Assembly (NCBI GenBank): GCA_050261575.1
Contig: JBLNDL010000078.1
Coordinates: 62,001-126,000, forward strand
Direction: 5' to 3'
Length of the DNA: 64,000 nt
DNA from: Sphingomonadaceae bacterium
Lineage (GTDB): Bacteria; Chloroflexota; UBA6077
Shown in pieces: positions 8,741 through 17,986 of this stretch. Every line of letters starts with the position of its first letter. Position 1 is the stretch's first letter. The notes below the pieces were generated by a model, which saw nothing but the letters and a program-made list of their open reading frames with translations, was not told the DNA's origin and searched no databases. Made by a program: the position numbers and the translations under genes.

Positions 8741-10009
8741 GTGGACGTATGGACGAAGCTGGCTGCGCTGCTAGCGGTGTTGCTCCTGCTCGCCGGTAGC
8801 TCGGCCGGGTACGGTGCCCTGCTGAAGCTGAACAGGGCACGGGTTCGCTATCTCGCGGGCGAGGGGGTGCCTCGTGCCCGCCGGCTGATGGAGATGCTCG
8901 AAGAGAGCTCCTCGCTCGAGCTCACCCTGGCTTCCGCCAACGGGCTCGCCCTGGCGGTCGCCGCCGCTGTGGTGGTACTGGAGGTGGGCAACGCCTTGGG
9001 CCACCTCACCCCGGCCGGGATCGTCTTCGAGGCACTGGGCTTCCTGGCTGTTCTCCTGGTCCAGGTGGTGTCCCGGGCGGCGGGGTCGCTACACCCGGAC
9101 GACACCCTGTTCCTGCTGCGCCTGCCCTTGCGGGCGCTTCGGTTGCTGCTCGTCCCATTGACTGCGCTATTCAGGTCCGTGATCAGGCTGGTGGTGCCGA
9201 TGGATCGATCCGTGGCGACCGGCGCCGCCTCCGCAACCGACGACGAGCTGCGCATGTTCGTCGATGCCGCTGAAGAGGAAGGCGCGCTCGAAGAGGAAGA
9301 GCGCGAGATGATCCACGGCATCTTCGAGATGGGTGAGAGAACGGTCAGGGAGATCATGGTGCCCAGGGTCGACGTGACCGCCGTGGAGGCGAGTGAGCCG
9401 CTTCGAGAGGTGCTGGAGGCGATCAAGGCCAAGGGGCACTCACGGATACCCATCTACGAGGAGACCATCGACAATATCGTCGGCATCGTCTACGCCAAGG
9501 ATCTGCTTCGCCACATGGACGGCGGCTCGCTCGAGGACGCATCGCGAACACTCGGCCGCCCGTCCTACTTCATACCCGAGTCTAAGAAGATCGACGAGCT
9601 ACTCCACGAGATGCAGCGGGACAAGGTGCACATGGCCATAGTGGTGGACGAGTATGGCGGCACCGCCGGAATCGTCACAATCGAGGACCTGCTGGAGGAG
9701 ATCGTCGGCGACATCCAGGACGAGTTCGACGTCGAGGAGAGTGCGATCGAGCCGCTGGGGGAGGGCGAGGCGATCTTCGATGCCCGCGTGAGCATCCACG
9801 ACGTCAGCGAGACCTTGTCAGTCACCCTCGCCGACGGGGAGTACGACACGATCGGAGGGCTGGTCTACGACCGGCTCGGGAAGATACCCCTGGTCGGCGA
9901 CCGGCTCGATGTCGATGGACTCTCCATCACGGTGCTGGCCACGGTAGGCAAGCGGATAAAGAAGGTCAAGGTGCAGGTGCAGCCAGCCGTGGCGCAGGAG
10001 CAAAGCTGA
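8741..10009 (+). CDS. HlyC/CorC (CNNM) family membrane protein with CBS pair
   Basis: N-terminal TM helices, VREIMVPR, HSRIPIY, VVDEYGGTAGIVTIEDLLEEIVG, YDTIGG. Confidence 0.92.
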   Translation: MDVWTKLAALLAVLLLLAGSSAGYGALLKLNRARVRYLAGEGVPRARRLMEMLEESSSLELTLASANGLALAVAAAVVVLEVGNALGHLTPAGIVFEALGFLAVLLVQVVSRAAGSLHPDDTLFLLRLPLRALRLLLVPLTALFRSVIRLVVPMDRSVATGAASATDDELRMFVDAAEEEGALEEEEREMIHGIFEMGERTVREIMVPRVDVTAVEASEPLREVLEAIKAKGHSRIPIYEETIDNIVGIVYAKDLLRHMDGGSLEDASRTLGRPSYFIPESKKIDELLHEMQRDKVHMAIVVDEYGGTAGIVTIEDLLEEIVGDIQDEFDVEESAIEPLGEGEAIFDARVSIHDVSETLSVTLADGEYDTIGGLVYDRLGKIPLVGDRLDVDGLSITVLATVGKRIKKVKVQVQPAVAQEQS

Positions 10010-10128
10010 GCGCGCCGGGGGTCTCGGCCAGCGCCCGGTCTCGTGGCCGATGCCGCGGCGCGGTCCAGCCGGCACGTTCCTCGCTTCGCGACCTAGTCTC
10101 GCCGTGACGAGTCACCAGGGGTAGATCG

Positions 10129-10536
10129 ATGGAGTTGGACGCCGCCACGATCGGAAGGCTGAGGGAGGCAGCGCAGGCCGCCGCCGAGCGCGCCTATGCC
10201 CCGTACAGCCGGTTCAGGGTCGGTGCCGCCGTGCTGACGGAGGACGGCGAGGTCTTCGGGGGCTGCAACGTGGAGTGCGCCTCCTACTCCCTCACCATCT
10301 GCGCGGAACGTAACGCCATCTTCCACGCGGTCGCCGCCGGACATCGAAAGGTGGCCGCCGTGGCCATATACACGCCGACTGCCGACCCCACGCCCCCATG
10401 CGGGGCCTGTCGCCAGGTACTGAGCGAGTTCGGCCCGGAGGCCGAGATCCTATCCTTCTCGGAAGGCGGTGCGGAGTTCCGGGCTCACCTGGGCGATCTG
10501 CTGCCTCACTCCTTCGGACCGCGCGATCTGAAGTAG
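10129..10536 (+). CDS. cdd: Cytidine deaminase (homotetrameric type)
   Basis: AYAPYSRFRVGAA, GCNVE, ICAERNA, PCGACRQ, LLPHSF. Confidence 0.95.
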   Translation: MELDAATIGRLREAAQAAAERAYAPYSRFRVGAAVLTEDGEVFGGCNVECASYSLTICAERNAIFHAVAAGHRKVAAVAIYTPTADPTPPCGACRQVLSEFGPEAEILSFSEGGAEFRAHLGDLLPHSFGPRDLK

Positions 10537-10581
10537 ACGCCGGCTAGCCCCACCCACCGACGGATCCACAACAACTTGGCG

Positions 10582-10610
10582 TTGACTGCTGGAACGTCAT
10601 GGACTAGAAT
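10582..10610 (+). promoter_or_regulatory. sigma-70/A promoter
   Basis: TTGACT-17 nt-TAGAAT, ~200 nt upstream of the receiver gene. Confidence 0.7.
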
Positions 10611-10815
10611 GGACCCTGTTCGACTGATGTCGCCTCAGGCTCTGCTGAGTCAGGCAAACCACCTGCCGGCCGCGTTCGTTGGCCGCATCCTCTCCAAGTT
10701 CGTATCGACCATCCGGTCGTGAATACGGTGTGCCTTCGTGCCGAAGCGGCCATAACCCGTCCGCACTTGGAGCGCGCGGGCTTCCCGCCGCCCGGCGCTG
10801 CGGGCGACATCGAGA

Positions 10816-11223
10816 ATGACTGCGGAGGCCCATTTGCCGAAGACCAGCGCCCCCGACAGGCGATCCGCCCTCATCATCGATGACCATCGGGAACTCGCCG
10901 ATCTTCTCGCCGAGCGCCTGTCGCTGGATGGTTTCGACCCGATGGTAGCCACGACCGCGAGGGAGGGGTTGAGCCTCTTCCGCCAGCGAGGCTGCGACGT
11001 GGCATTCGTCGACCTCAAGCTGCCGGATATGAGCGGCGTCACCGTCGCCGCGGAGCTGCGGAAACGTTCGGCTGGTCTCAAAGTCATTCTGATTACCGGC
11101 TTTGCCACCACCGTGGACGACTCCGAACCGGGCTGGACCCAGTTCGACGGTGTCCTCCCCAAGCCTTGGAGGCCCACCGAGTTGGAGACGATCCTTCGTG
11201 CGGTGGGGAAGGGACGACGATGA
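10816..11223 (+). CDS. Single-domain response regulator (receiver)
   Basis: LIIDDH..AFVDLKLPDMSG..ILITG..LPKP. Confidence 0.85.
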   Translation: MTAEAHLPKTSAPDRRSALIIDDHRELADLLAERLSLDGFDPMVATTAREGLSLFRQRGCDVAFVDLKLPDMSGVTVAAELRKRSAGLKVILITGFATTVDDSEPGWTQFDGVLPKPWRPTELETILRAVGKGRR

Positions 11224-12350
11224 AACCCTGCACACACTGGCTCCGGTCAATTGTCGTGGCCGTTCTCGTGGCCACCGCCTCGCTGCCAATTACCCCCGCC
11301 GCCGCCAACGGCATCGGCACCGTCTACGTCGCCAGCGAGGTTGGCAGCTCGATTTCCGTGATCGACAGCACCACCAATACAGTCGTGGAAGTAGTTCCAC
11401 TGAACCGTTCCCCCTTGTCGATCGCTTTCAGCCCCGACGCTCACTTCGTCTACGTCAGCCATCTGGACTCCAACGTGGTCTCCATCCTGGACACTAGTGT
11501 CGAGGATATAACTGCTTCCCTCAAGCTGGGCAGCCAGGTGGCCCACGTCGCCGTGACCTCCGGTGGTGCCTGGCTGCTGGCCACGGATCCCCAGGAGGGC
11601 GTGCTCCGAGTCGTCGACACCAACTCTCGCCGGGAGCTGTACTCGGTTCCAGTTGGGGGGAGGCCAGAGCAGCTAGCGGTGTCACAGGACGGCACCGTGG
11701 CCGTCGTCACCGACCGAGCCTCAGGGCTGGTCTCCGTGATCGATCTGAGCACCAGATCGGTCGTCCGTACTCATAGTGCCGCCGAGGGAGATCTCTATCC
11801 AGCCGTCTCCCCGACGGGGAAGGAGATGTTCGTCGCAAGCAAGAGCAGCCCGGATCTTCTTGTGCTGGACACGGCGACCGGCCAACTGACGCGGACCATC
11901 CATGCAGGGCCGGCCTCGGCCGCCATCGGGTTCTCTCCAGTCGGGGATGTCCTCTACCTGCCCAGGCAGGACAAGAACGAGGTCCTGATCGTGGACGCGG
12001 CATCGGGGACTGCCAGGGGATCGGTGGCGATCCCGAGCACCGCCTCGAGTCTCGGGCTCAGCAAAGACGGCACGAAGGCTTACGTCGCCCTCGCGGCGAT
12101 CGATAGGGTGGCTGTGATCGATCCGGCAACGCGATCGGTGATGGCGGAGGTTCAAGTGGAAGCCCGGCCCACCAGGGTGGCTGTATCACCACTCCAACCG
12201 AAGCCGGCCTCGGTTAAGATGCCGGGGGCGCTACCCAACACCGGAGACGGCTCATCGCCCCATCTGCCGCCGGCGGCGACTCTGGCCCTGAGCCTCCTGG
12301 TCATCGGCGCCGGTCTCGCCGCATGGCATCGGGCGAAGGCACGTCTCTGA
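11220..12350 (+). CDS. Secreted YVTN/YncE-type beta-propeller with LPXTG sortase anchor
   Basis: Signal peptide, repeated YV..S..VSVID..T / A.SPDG blades, LPNTG + hydrophobic helix + basic tail HRAKARL; ATGA overlap with upstream gene. Confidence 0.85.
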   Translation: MKPCTHWLRSIVVAVLVATASLPITPAAANGIGTVYVASEVGSSISVIDSTTNTVVEVVPLNRSPLSIAFSPDAHFVYVSHLDSNVVSILDTSVEDITASLKLGSQVAHVAVTSGGAWLLATDPQEGVLRVVDTNSRRELYSVPVGGRPEQLAVSQDGTVAVVTDRASGLVSVIDLSTRSVVRTHSAAEGDLYPAVSPTGKEMFVASKSSPDLLVLDTATGQLTRTIHAGPASAAIGFSPVGDVLYLPRQDKNEVLIVDAASGTARGSVAIPSTASSLGLSKDGTKAYVALAAIDRVAVIDPATRSVMAEVQVEARPTRVAVSPLQPKPASVKMPGALPNTGDGSSPHLPPAATLALSLLVIGAGLAAWHRAKARL

Positions 12351-12386
12351 CGTCGGGGAGCCGCAGCCTACCTGAAAAGGGTCCGC

Positions 12387-14501
12387 TCAATACAACAGTA
12401 TCCCCACTGCGGCCGAGAGGGCGAGCAGCAGGTGGATCCCCACGTAGAACAGCAGGAAGGCGGTGCCGGCCACCACCAGCAGGGTGGACCAGTGAGCCGC
12501 CATCAGGTAGAGGCCAAACGAGGCGATCTTCTGCCGCCCTGCGTCCCTGCCACCGGTCTCCTCTACCCGCGCATGCCTGGCCAGCAGATCGACGACCCAC
12601 GAAACAGCCTTACCGGCTCCGGCTGTGCGCCGCAGCCAGCCACCGGCCGCCACATCCTCTGCCTTCACTATTGGGACCAGGCTGGCCGCTCCCAGTACGA
12701 ACCCCGCGAGAAGCCCGAGGCAGCCGGCGATCCCAACCAGGGCGGACGCCAGGCCGGCCCCCGGCAGCCCGAGCAGGGCCGCGGAGCCACCACCCACTGC
12801 CGGAGCAAGATAGCCCACGCTCCCACTGCGGGCTTCTGCCCACCAACCGACGGTGCCATCCAACGCTAGCCCGAACCCCATTCCGGCCAGCAACGTGGGC
12901 ACGATGCCCCAGAGGATGCCCGAAGCTGCCCGTCTCCACTCGCTGGGGAAATCGGGGTTTCGCCCGCAGACAACCACGTTCCCGACGATCCAGCCGGTGA
13001 GGGCACCCCAGGAGGCACCTGCCTCAATTACGCCGCCCAGAACGCCTTGGAAACCCAGGGCCACCAGCACCACCCATGCGGTAATGGCAGCGAGGCTCAG
13101 GGTCGCCAGTGCGACCACCCTGTGCCGCGACGCGAAGCGAACTGGGGCTAGCACCAGTCCGTCGCGGGCGGAAACGCTGAGGCACGAAGCGCACCCGGAC
13201 ACCGCGCCGGCCAGCACGAGTGAAGGGCCGGCAACGCCCCAGGTCCGCCACGTGCCAGCGGACGCCCCCAGCACCCCTCCGAGCACGGCCCACGAGGAAA
13301 CGACGAGCCAGAGCCTGAGCACGTCGCCGCGCGGCCCCAGCTCCCAACCATCTGCCTCGCGCCTCGGGCCCACGGCAAGGCTCCACTTCCGTCGCATCCT
13401 CCCAGCCGCTACCGGCAGGCCGACGGCCGTCACGAGGGCCAGGGCCAGCGCTACGGCGGGTAGCCCCGACAGCACCGCGACCGCGGCCAGCGACGTGCAG
13501 ATGGTCAGTCCCAGCGGAAGCAGCCATCGAGTTCTCGCGGCGTCCACCTGGGTCGGCTCTCTCCGGGGCATCCCCACGAGCGACACCTGCCGAAGCTCCC
13601 CCGCGTCTGTGCCCACCCAGAGGAAACCATCCGGGGTGCCGGCCGCTTCCCATTCCTGGCAGTCCACCTCCACGGCGATGTGAGAGGTGCCGGATGCGCG
13701 GGACAGCGGGCCGAATCGACGAGAGGCAACCCGCATCCAGGGCTCTCCCTGGAGGAATCCGGCCTCCGCCCCTCCACCCTCGTTCGACACCAGCAGGTGC
13801 AGCACCAGGGAGCGCGGCGCCCCGGCGCACTCGCACGGACGCACCACCCAATCACCCGGTTTGACCCGCAGTCGCGGGGGGTGCTCTGGTGCCACCGCCA
13901 GCGTCACCACCAGCGTCACCTCGTCGCTCCGCAGCCCCTCCGTCGGGTTCGCCAGACGCAGCTTCAACTCGGCTCGGTGGCGGTGCCGCGCCGCAAGCTT
14001 GCTGGTGTCTATGCGAACGGCAACGTGGAGCGGGAAGCCGAGTTCTCCCCCCTTCCAGTCCTTGGAGACCGAGATCCAGTTCGGCAGGTTGTGGGACAGC
14101 TCCACCGATGTTGCCCTGCCGCCCAGGTTGTGGAGGCATACTGAACTCGTCGCGTTCTCTCCTCGCCTCACCACCCCTAGATCGAGGATGCGTGGTTCGA
14201 TCTCCAGCCGGGGTGGGAGGGCTTGCGGTCGGCTAGCGGGCTCAGAAGCAGCAGGGCGCACCGCCTCGACGAGCCGCCTCCTATCGTAGTCCGCCCTCCT
14301 CGAGGGGTTCCCCAGCACCTTCCAGGCTTCGACCAACTCCGCGACACGCCGGCCCACCGCCGGATCCGATGCACCACGATGCGCGTCGGGATGAACGGCC
14401 TTGATCGACCGCCTGTAGGCCCTGCCGATGGCCTCCTGGCTGGCAGACGGGGGCACGCCCAGTACGGCGTAGTAGTCCTTGCGCTCCTCGTTGGGTTCCA
14501 C
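12387..14501 (-). CDS. DnaJ-domain membrane protein (J domain + probable Ig-like domains + multi-TM C terminus)
   Basis: DYYAVLGV..AYR..HPD..EAWKVLG.P.RRADYD; PPRLEIEP..LDLG and PPRLRVKP..LVSNEGG beta-rich repeats; long hydrophobic C-terminal half; start uncertain. Confidence 0.7.
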   Translation of the reverse strand: MEPNEERKDYYAVLGVPPSASQEAIGRAYRRSIKAVHPDAHRGASDPAVGRRVAELVEAWKVLGNPSRRADYDRRRLVEAVRPAASEPASRPQALPPRLEIEPRILDLGVVRRGENATSSVCLHNLGGRATSVELSHNLPNWISVSKDWKGGELGFPLHVAVRIDTSKLAARHRHRAELKLRLANPTEGLRSDEVTLVVTLAVAPEHPPRLRVKPGDWVVRPCECAGAPRSLVLHLLVSNEGGGAEAGFLQGEPWMRVASRRFGPLSRASGTSHIAVEVDCQEWEAAGTPDGFLWVGTDAGELRQVSLVGMPRREPTQVDAARTRWLLPLGLTICTSLAAVAVLSGLPAVALALALVTAVGLPVAAGRMRRKWSLAVGPRREADGWELGPRGDVLRLWLVVSSWAVLGGVLGASAGTWRTWGVAGPSLVLAGAVSGCASCLSVSARDGLVLAPVRFASRHRVVALATLSLAAITAWVVLVALGFQGVLGGVIEAGASWGALTGWIVGNVVVCGRNPDFPSEWRRAASGILWGIVPTLLAGMGFGLALDGTVGWWAEARSGSVGYLAPAVGGGSAALLGLPGAGLASALVGIAGCLGLLAGFVLGAASLVPIVKAEDVAAGGWLRRTAGAGKAVSWVVDLLARHARVEETGGRDAGRQKIASFGLYLMAAHWSTLLVVAGTAFLLFYVGIHLLLALSAAVGILLY

Positions 14502-14581
14502 GATTCTGCCCGATCCCACTAGAAAGCTGGGGCGCCCGGCATCCTTCCGAACCGGCTGCCGGGCGCCTCGTCGAGCGGCCT

Positions 14582-14655
14582 CCAAGCAGGTATCTCTGGC
14601 TTACGTCAGCTTTGCAGGCGGGAAGTGCATGCCCTTTCCAGAGATGCCTCCTTGG
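14582..14655 (+). repeat. 74-bp palindromic dispersed element, copy B
   Basis: CCAAGCAGGTATCTCTGG...GGCGGGAAGTG...CCAGAGATGCCTCCTTGG. Confidence 0.9.
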
Positions 14656-14688
14656 CCCGTTAGATGTCCCCTCGTCATCCCCTGCAGA

Positions 14689-15531
14689 CTACCGCTTCAT
14701 GTTGACCAGGTCCTGGAGCATCTCGTCGGAGGCTGTGATGATCCTGGAGTTCGCCTGGAAGCCCCGCTCTGCCATGATCATGCGGGTGAACTGCTCCGCC
14801 AACTCCACGTTGGACCCTTCCAGCGTCCCGGACATCAGCGTCCCCATTCCGATGGTGTTGTCACCTGGGGCACCTATGATGGGATCGCCGCTATTCAAGC
14901 CCTCCTGGAAGAGGCTGCCTCCTGCCCGCAACAAGCCCTCCGGGTTGTTGAACTTGGCCAGCAGAATCTGCGGACGGTTGACGGTATCGGTGGTGCCATC
15001 TGCCAGGACGCCGGTGATGGTCCCGTCGCTCGAGATGGCGAAGTTGGCCCAACCCCAGGCGGGATCGATCAGGATCCGGTCCGGGGCTGCGGGGTCCCCA
15101 CCCAAGAGGTACTGTCCGCTCACGGGATCCACCAGGTACCCCGCCTCATCCCGAGAGAAGGCACCGTCCCGCGTGAAGTAGGCAGGCACGACATTGCCGC
15201 CTGCGTCAGGCGTGCCCAACATGAAGAAGCCCTCCCCCTGGATCGCCAGGTCGGTCGTCTTTCCCGTGGGGGTCATGGGCCCCTGGGTCATGATCGTGTC
15301 GATCCCACCCAGAGTGACGCCGAGGCCAACCTGGGCGGGGTTCGTTCCGCCCATGCCATTCGGTACCGGCTCGGAACCGACCCGGTAGGTCTGGGCCAAG
15401 GCTTCCTTGAAGTTGATGCGGCTAGCCTTGAAGCCAACGGTGTTGACGTTGGCTATGTTGTGCCCTACCACATCCATGTAGGTCTGGTGGTTTCGAAGGC
15501 CCGAGATGGCCGAAGACATCGATCGTAGCAC
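14689..15531 (-). CDS. flgE: Flagellar hook protein (short form)
   Basis: MLRSMSSAISGL..NIANVNTVGFK, DLAIQGEGFF, LEGSNVELAEQFT.MI.A.RGFQAN; follows flgD. Confidence 0.88.
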   Translation of the reverse strand: MLRSMSSAISGLRNHQTYMDVVGHNIANVNTVGFKASRINFKEALAQTYRVGSEPVPNGMGGTNPAQVGLGVTLGGIDTIMTQGPMTPTGKTTDLAIQGEGFFMLGTPDAGGNVVPAYFTRDGAFSRDEAGYLVDPVSGQYLLGGDPAAPDRILIDPAWGWANFAISSDGTITGVLADGTTDTVNRPQILLAKFNNPEGLLRAGGSLFQEGLNSGDPIIGAPGDNTIGMGTLMSGTLEGSNVELAEQFTRMIMAERGFQANSRIITASDEMLQDLVNMKR

Positions 15532-15613
15532 TGCACACTCTCCTTACTTCGAGCGGTTATCCTCGTCAAGTGAACACACCACCCCGTCGGGCTCGGGTGT
15601 TGATCGCGACCTA

Positions 15614-16228
15614 TCAGGGTTCTCGCTCGCCATCGGCGACGGAGACCACTTCGCCCAGCTTGACCGACTTTCCGCCGACCAACAGGACTGCACCACTGTC
15701 GGACATCTTCACCGAGTCGACGATCCCTTCGACGGTCTCGCCAGAAGCCTCCAGTTTGGCCTCGATCAGCTTGCCGATCAGGCTGCTGGCCCGCGCAAGC
15801 TGCGACTCTTCGCCCTCCACGACCGACAGCACCTCGCTCAGGCGGACTTCTTTGCCATCGACCAGCAGGATCGCTTCACCGTCCGCCACCTTCACCGCGT
15901 CCACGGTGCCCTTGAGAGCCGCATCGGAGTGGCCTGTGGCAGCCTCTATCTCCTTGCCGATCAGGTTGTTGGCCTGGCCCAACTGCTCTACCCTTAGCAT
16001 CAGCTCCATTCGCCTGTCCAGCTCCTGCATTCGCTCCAGGGTGCTGAACTGCGCCATTTGGGCGATGAACTGGGTGTCCTGCATGGGATTCAGCGGATCC
16101 TGGTTCTGGAGCTGGGCCAGCAACAGCTTCAGGAAGTCGTCCTTCCCCAACTGGCCGATCTGCTTCGCCTCGCCGCTGCCGGTCTGGGTAGTCGCCGAAC
16201 TTGCAGTAGCCCCTACCTGCATTCCCAC
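15614..16228 (-). CDS. flgD: Flagellar hook capping protein with duplicated C-terminal module
   Basis: LGKDDFLKLLLAQLQNQDPLNPM..FIAQMAQFS. Confidence 0.93.
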   Translation of the reverse strand: MGMQVGATASSATTQTGSGEAKQIGQLGKDDFLKLLLAQLQNQDPLNPMQDTQFIAQMAQFSTLERMQELDRRMELMLRVEQLGQANNLIGKEIEAATGHSDAALKGTVDAVKVADGEAILLVDGKEVRLSEVLSVVEGEESQLARASSLIGKLIEAKLEASGETVEGIVDSVKMSDSGAVLLVGGKSVKLGEVVSVADGEREP

Positions 16229-16231
16229 CTC

Positions 16232-17968
16232 CTAGATACGGTAATCCACCAAATGGCTGCCAGGTCGGGAGTTATCGACCCCGGCCGCCGCCAGATCGAC
16301 GTCTGTCCGCTCCTCCAGCCTTGCCTGTGCCGTAGGCGCCGAAGGGTATCGCTTCTCCCCCTGCCACTGCCCCGGACCGGAGAACGGCGCCGACAGACTC
16401 TGCCAACTGCCGGATCCATCGGGCACACTGCCGAGCGACACCTGCGCGACCCCGATCGATCTCCCTTCCAGAGCCTGCCGGAGCTGAGGCAGCGCCGCCT
16501 GGATCATGTCGCGCGTCGACTCCGATTCGGCCAGGATCTGGAGGGTGAGCGCCCCATCGTGGAGAGCCAGCCGCAGGTCCAGGTGGCCCAGCGAGGCCGG
16601 CCTTAGTTGGATACGCAGGCTGGCGTTCCTCGGCACACTCAGTCTCGCAGCGTGAGACACCAACTGATCGATCAAGTCTCTGCCCGCCGTCGCCTCGCCT
16701 CCGGCGCCGTTCACGCCGTCCGTCCGAACGGAGCCACGCCCGCTCGGCCCCTCGGTGCCGACGGCAACCGTCTGAGCGCTCCGATTCTCTGGCCGCTCGC
16801 GCGAGGCGCTGGGTCCGTCGGCGTGCACGGTCGCATCTGCGACCTCGTGCGCCTTCTCGGGATGAAACCCCGACGACGGGCTTGCTTTCCCTAGGGATGT
16901 GACCCGCGCTGAGGTTGCATCGGCCGCCGCGCGAACCGCACCTGTCTCCGGGCCCGCCTTCGGTGTGTCCATGGATGTCCAGGTGCCGTGAGCCGAGCGG
17001 GTCCTGCTGGACCCGTGGACCGCCTGTGCCCCCACCGACCCCTCCTGCGCGGCGGGTGGGATTCCGGAATCATCGCTGGCAGCACCCCTCGGCACCGTCG
17101 AGGGGGAACGACCCAACCCATCCTGCTCCGACACCATCGAGGGGGAACGACCCAACCCATCCTGCTCCGGCACCATCGAGGGGGAACGACTCAACCCATC
17201 CTGCTCCGGCACCCGCGCATCCAGCCGTTGCCGGGTCGCTCCCTCCGCGAGAGCGCCCATCTCGCCAGACGCGGTGCCCTCCTGGGCCGCGCCCGCCGTG
17301 GGCGTCTCGTCGGCCACGGCCGGCCCCGTCGAGGGACCCATCCGGCGACGGGGCTCCCCCACCCCGCTGGCGAAGACGGCGCTCGTGCCGGCGCCATCAC
17401 TCGCCTTTGCGCCTTCCATGTCCGTGACCGCAGCCTCAGCACCCGGCTGGGCCGCCACGGCCGTCACGGCATTCCCGTCCTCAGATCGGCCGACGAGGGC
17501 GGTGGAAGGAGCCTCCTCGATCGAGGCATGGGCCGGGACTCGTCGAGGAGCGGCCGCGCTCGCCAGCGCCACATCCGTCAAGGCTGCGCTCGGGACGGCG
17601 ACTCCACCCTCAACCTGAGCCGCGCCGACCGCGGCCACGGCGGCGACGCCACCCCCTCGCCCTTCAGCCGTCGGCACGTGAGTCTGAGGATCGGAGTTCG
17701 GGTGTGGAGACCGTATCAGCGCGCCGAGGGTCTCCACCAACCCTTCGGCCAAATCCCACTCGGCATCGTGCCGGTCGGTGGTCGGCACAGAAGCAGAATC
17801 GGACTCCTGCGTGCCATCCACGGCGGGATCCGTCGCCTGCCACCTGCTTGAGGCCGCCTCGAGAAAGACCCCGAAACCGCACCCCGCTTCCGACTCGGAG
17901 TGAGTCGCCGGAACGGGAAGAGCGGCTGGCGATGCCGCCTCAGAGGGGGTCGCAGTCAGCACCTTCAA
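16232..17968 (-). CDS. fliK: Flagellar hook-length control protein
   Basis: Low-complexity N region; C-terminal LRIQLRPASLGHL..LPQLRQALE (T3S4 domain); upstream of flgD. Confidence 0.88.
   Translation of the reverse strand: MKVLTATPSEAASPAALPVPATHSESEAGCGFGVFLEAASSRWQATDPAVDGTQESDSASVPTTDRHDAEWDLAEGLVETLGALIRSPHPNSDPQTHVPTAEGRGGGVAAVAAVGAAQVEGGVAVPSAALTDVALASAAAPRRVPAHASIEEAPSTALVGRSEDGNAVTAVAAQPGAEAAVTDMEGAKASDGAGTSAVFASGVGEPRRRMGPSTGPAVADETPTAGAAQEGTASGEMGALAEGATRQRLDARVPEQDGLSRSPSMVPEQDGLGRSPSMVSEQDGLGRSPSTVPRGAASDDSGIPPAAQEGSVGAQAVHGSSRTRSAHGTWTSMDTPKAGPETGAVRAAADATSARVTSLGKASPSSGFHPEKAHEVADATVHADGPSASRERPENRSAQTVAVGTEGPSGRGSVRTDGVNGAGGEATAGRDLIDQLVSHAARLSVPRNASLRIQLRPASLGHLDLRLALHDGALTLQILAESESTRDMIQAALPQLRQALEGRSIGVAQVSLGSVPDGSGSWQSLSAPFSGPGQWQGEKRYPSAPTAQARLEERTDVDLAAAGVDNSRPGSHLVDYRI
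17091..17213. repeat. 39-bp tandem repeat x3 in fliK (VPEQDGLGRSPSM-type unit)
   Basis: Unit GGCACCATCGAGGGGGAACGACCCAACCCATCCTGCTCC at 17091, 17130 and 17169, each with a single substitution from consensus. Confidence 0.95.
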
Positions 17969-17986
17969 CGACGCACCTCCCTTCCA

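Noticed and set aside
10652..10700. GGCAAACC as the start of a c-di-GMP-I riboswitch (similar motif on the minus strand near 31885)
   Set aside because: The following GAAA tetraloop and GACGCAAAGC elements are missing
17091..17213. 39-bp repeats as a CRISPR array
   Set aside because: Units are head-to-tail with no spacers, lie in frame within fliK, and there are no cas genes
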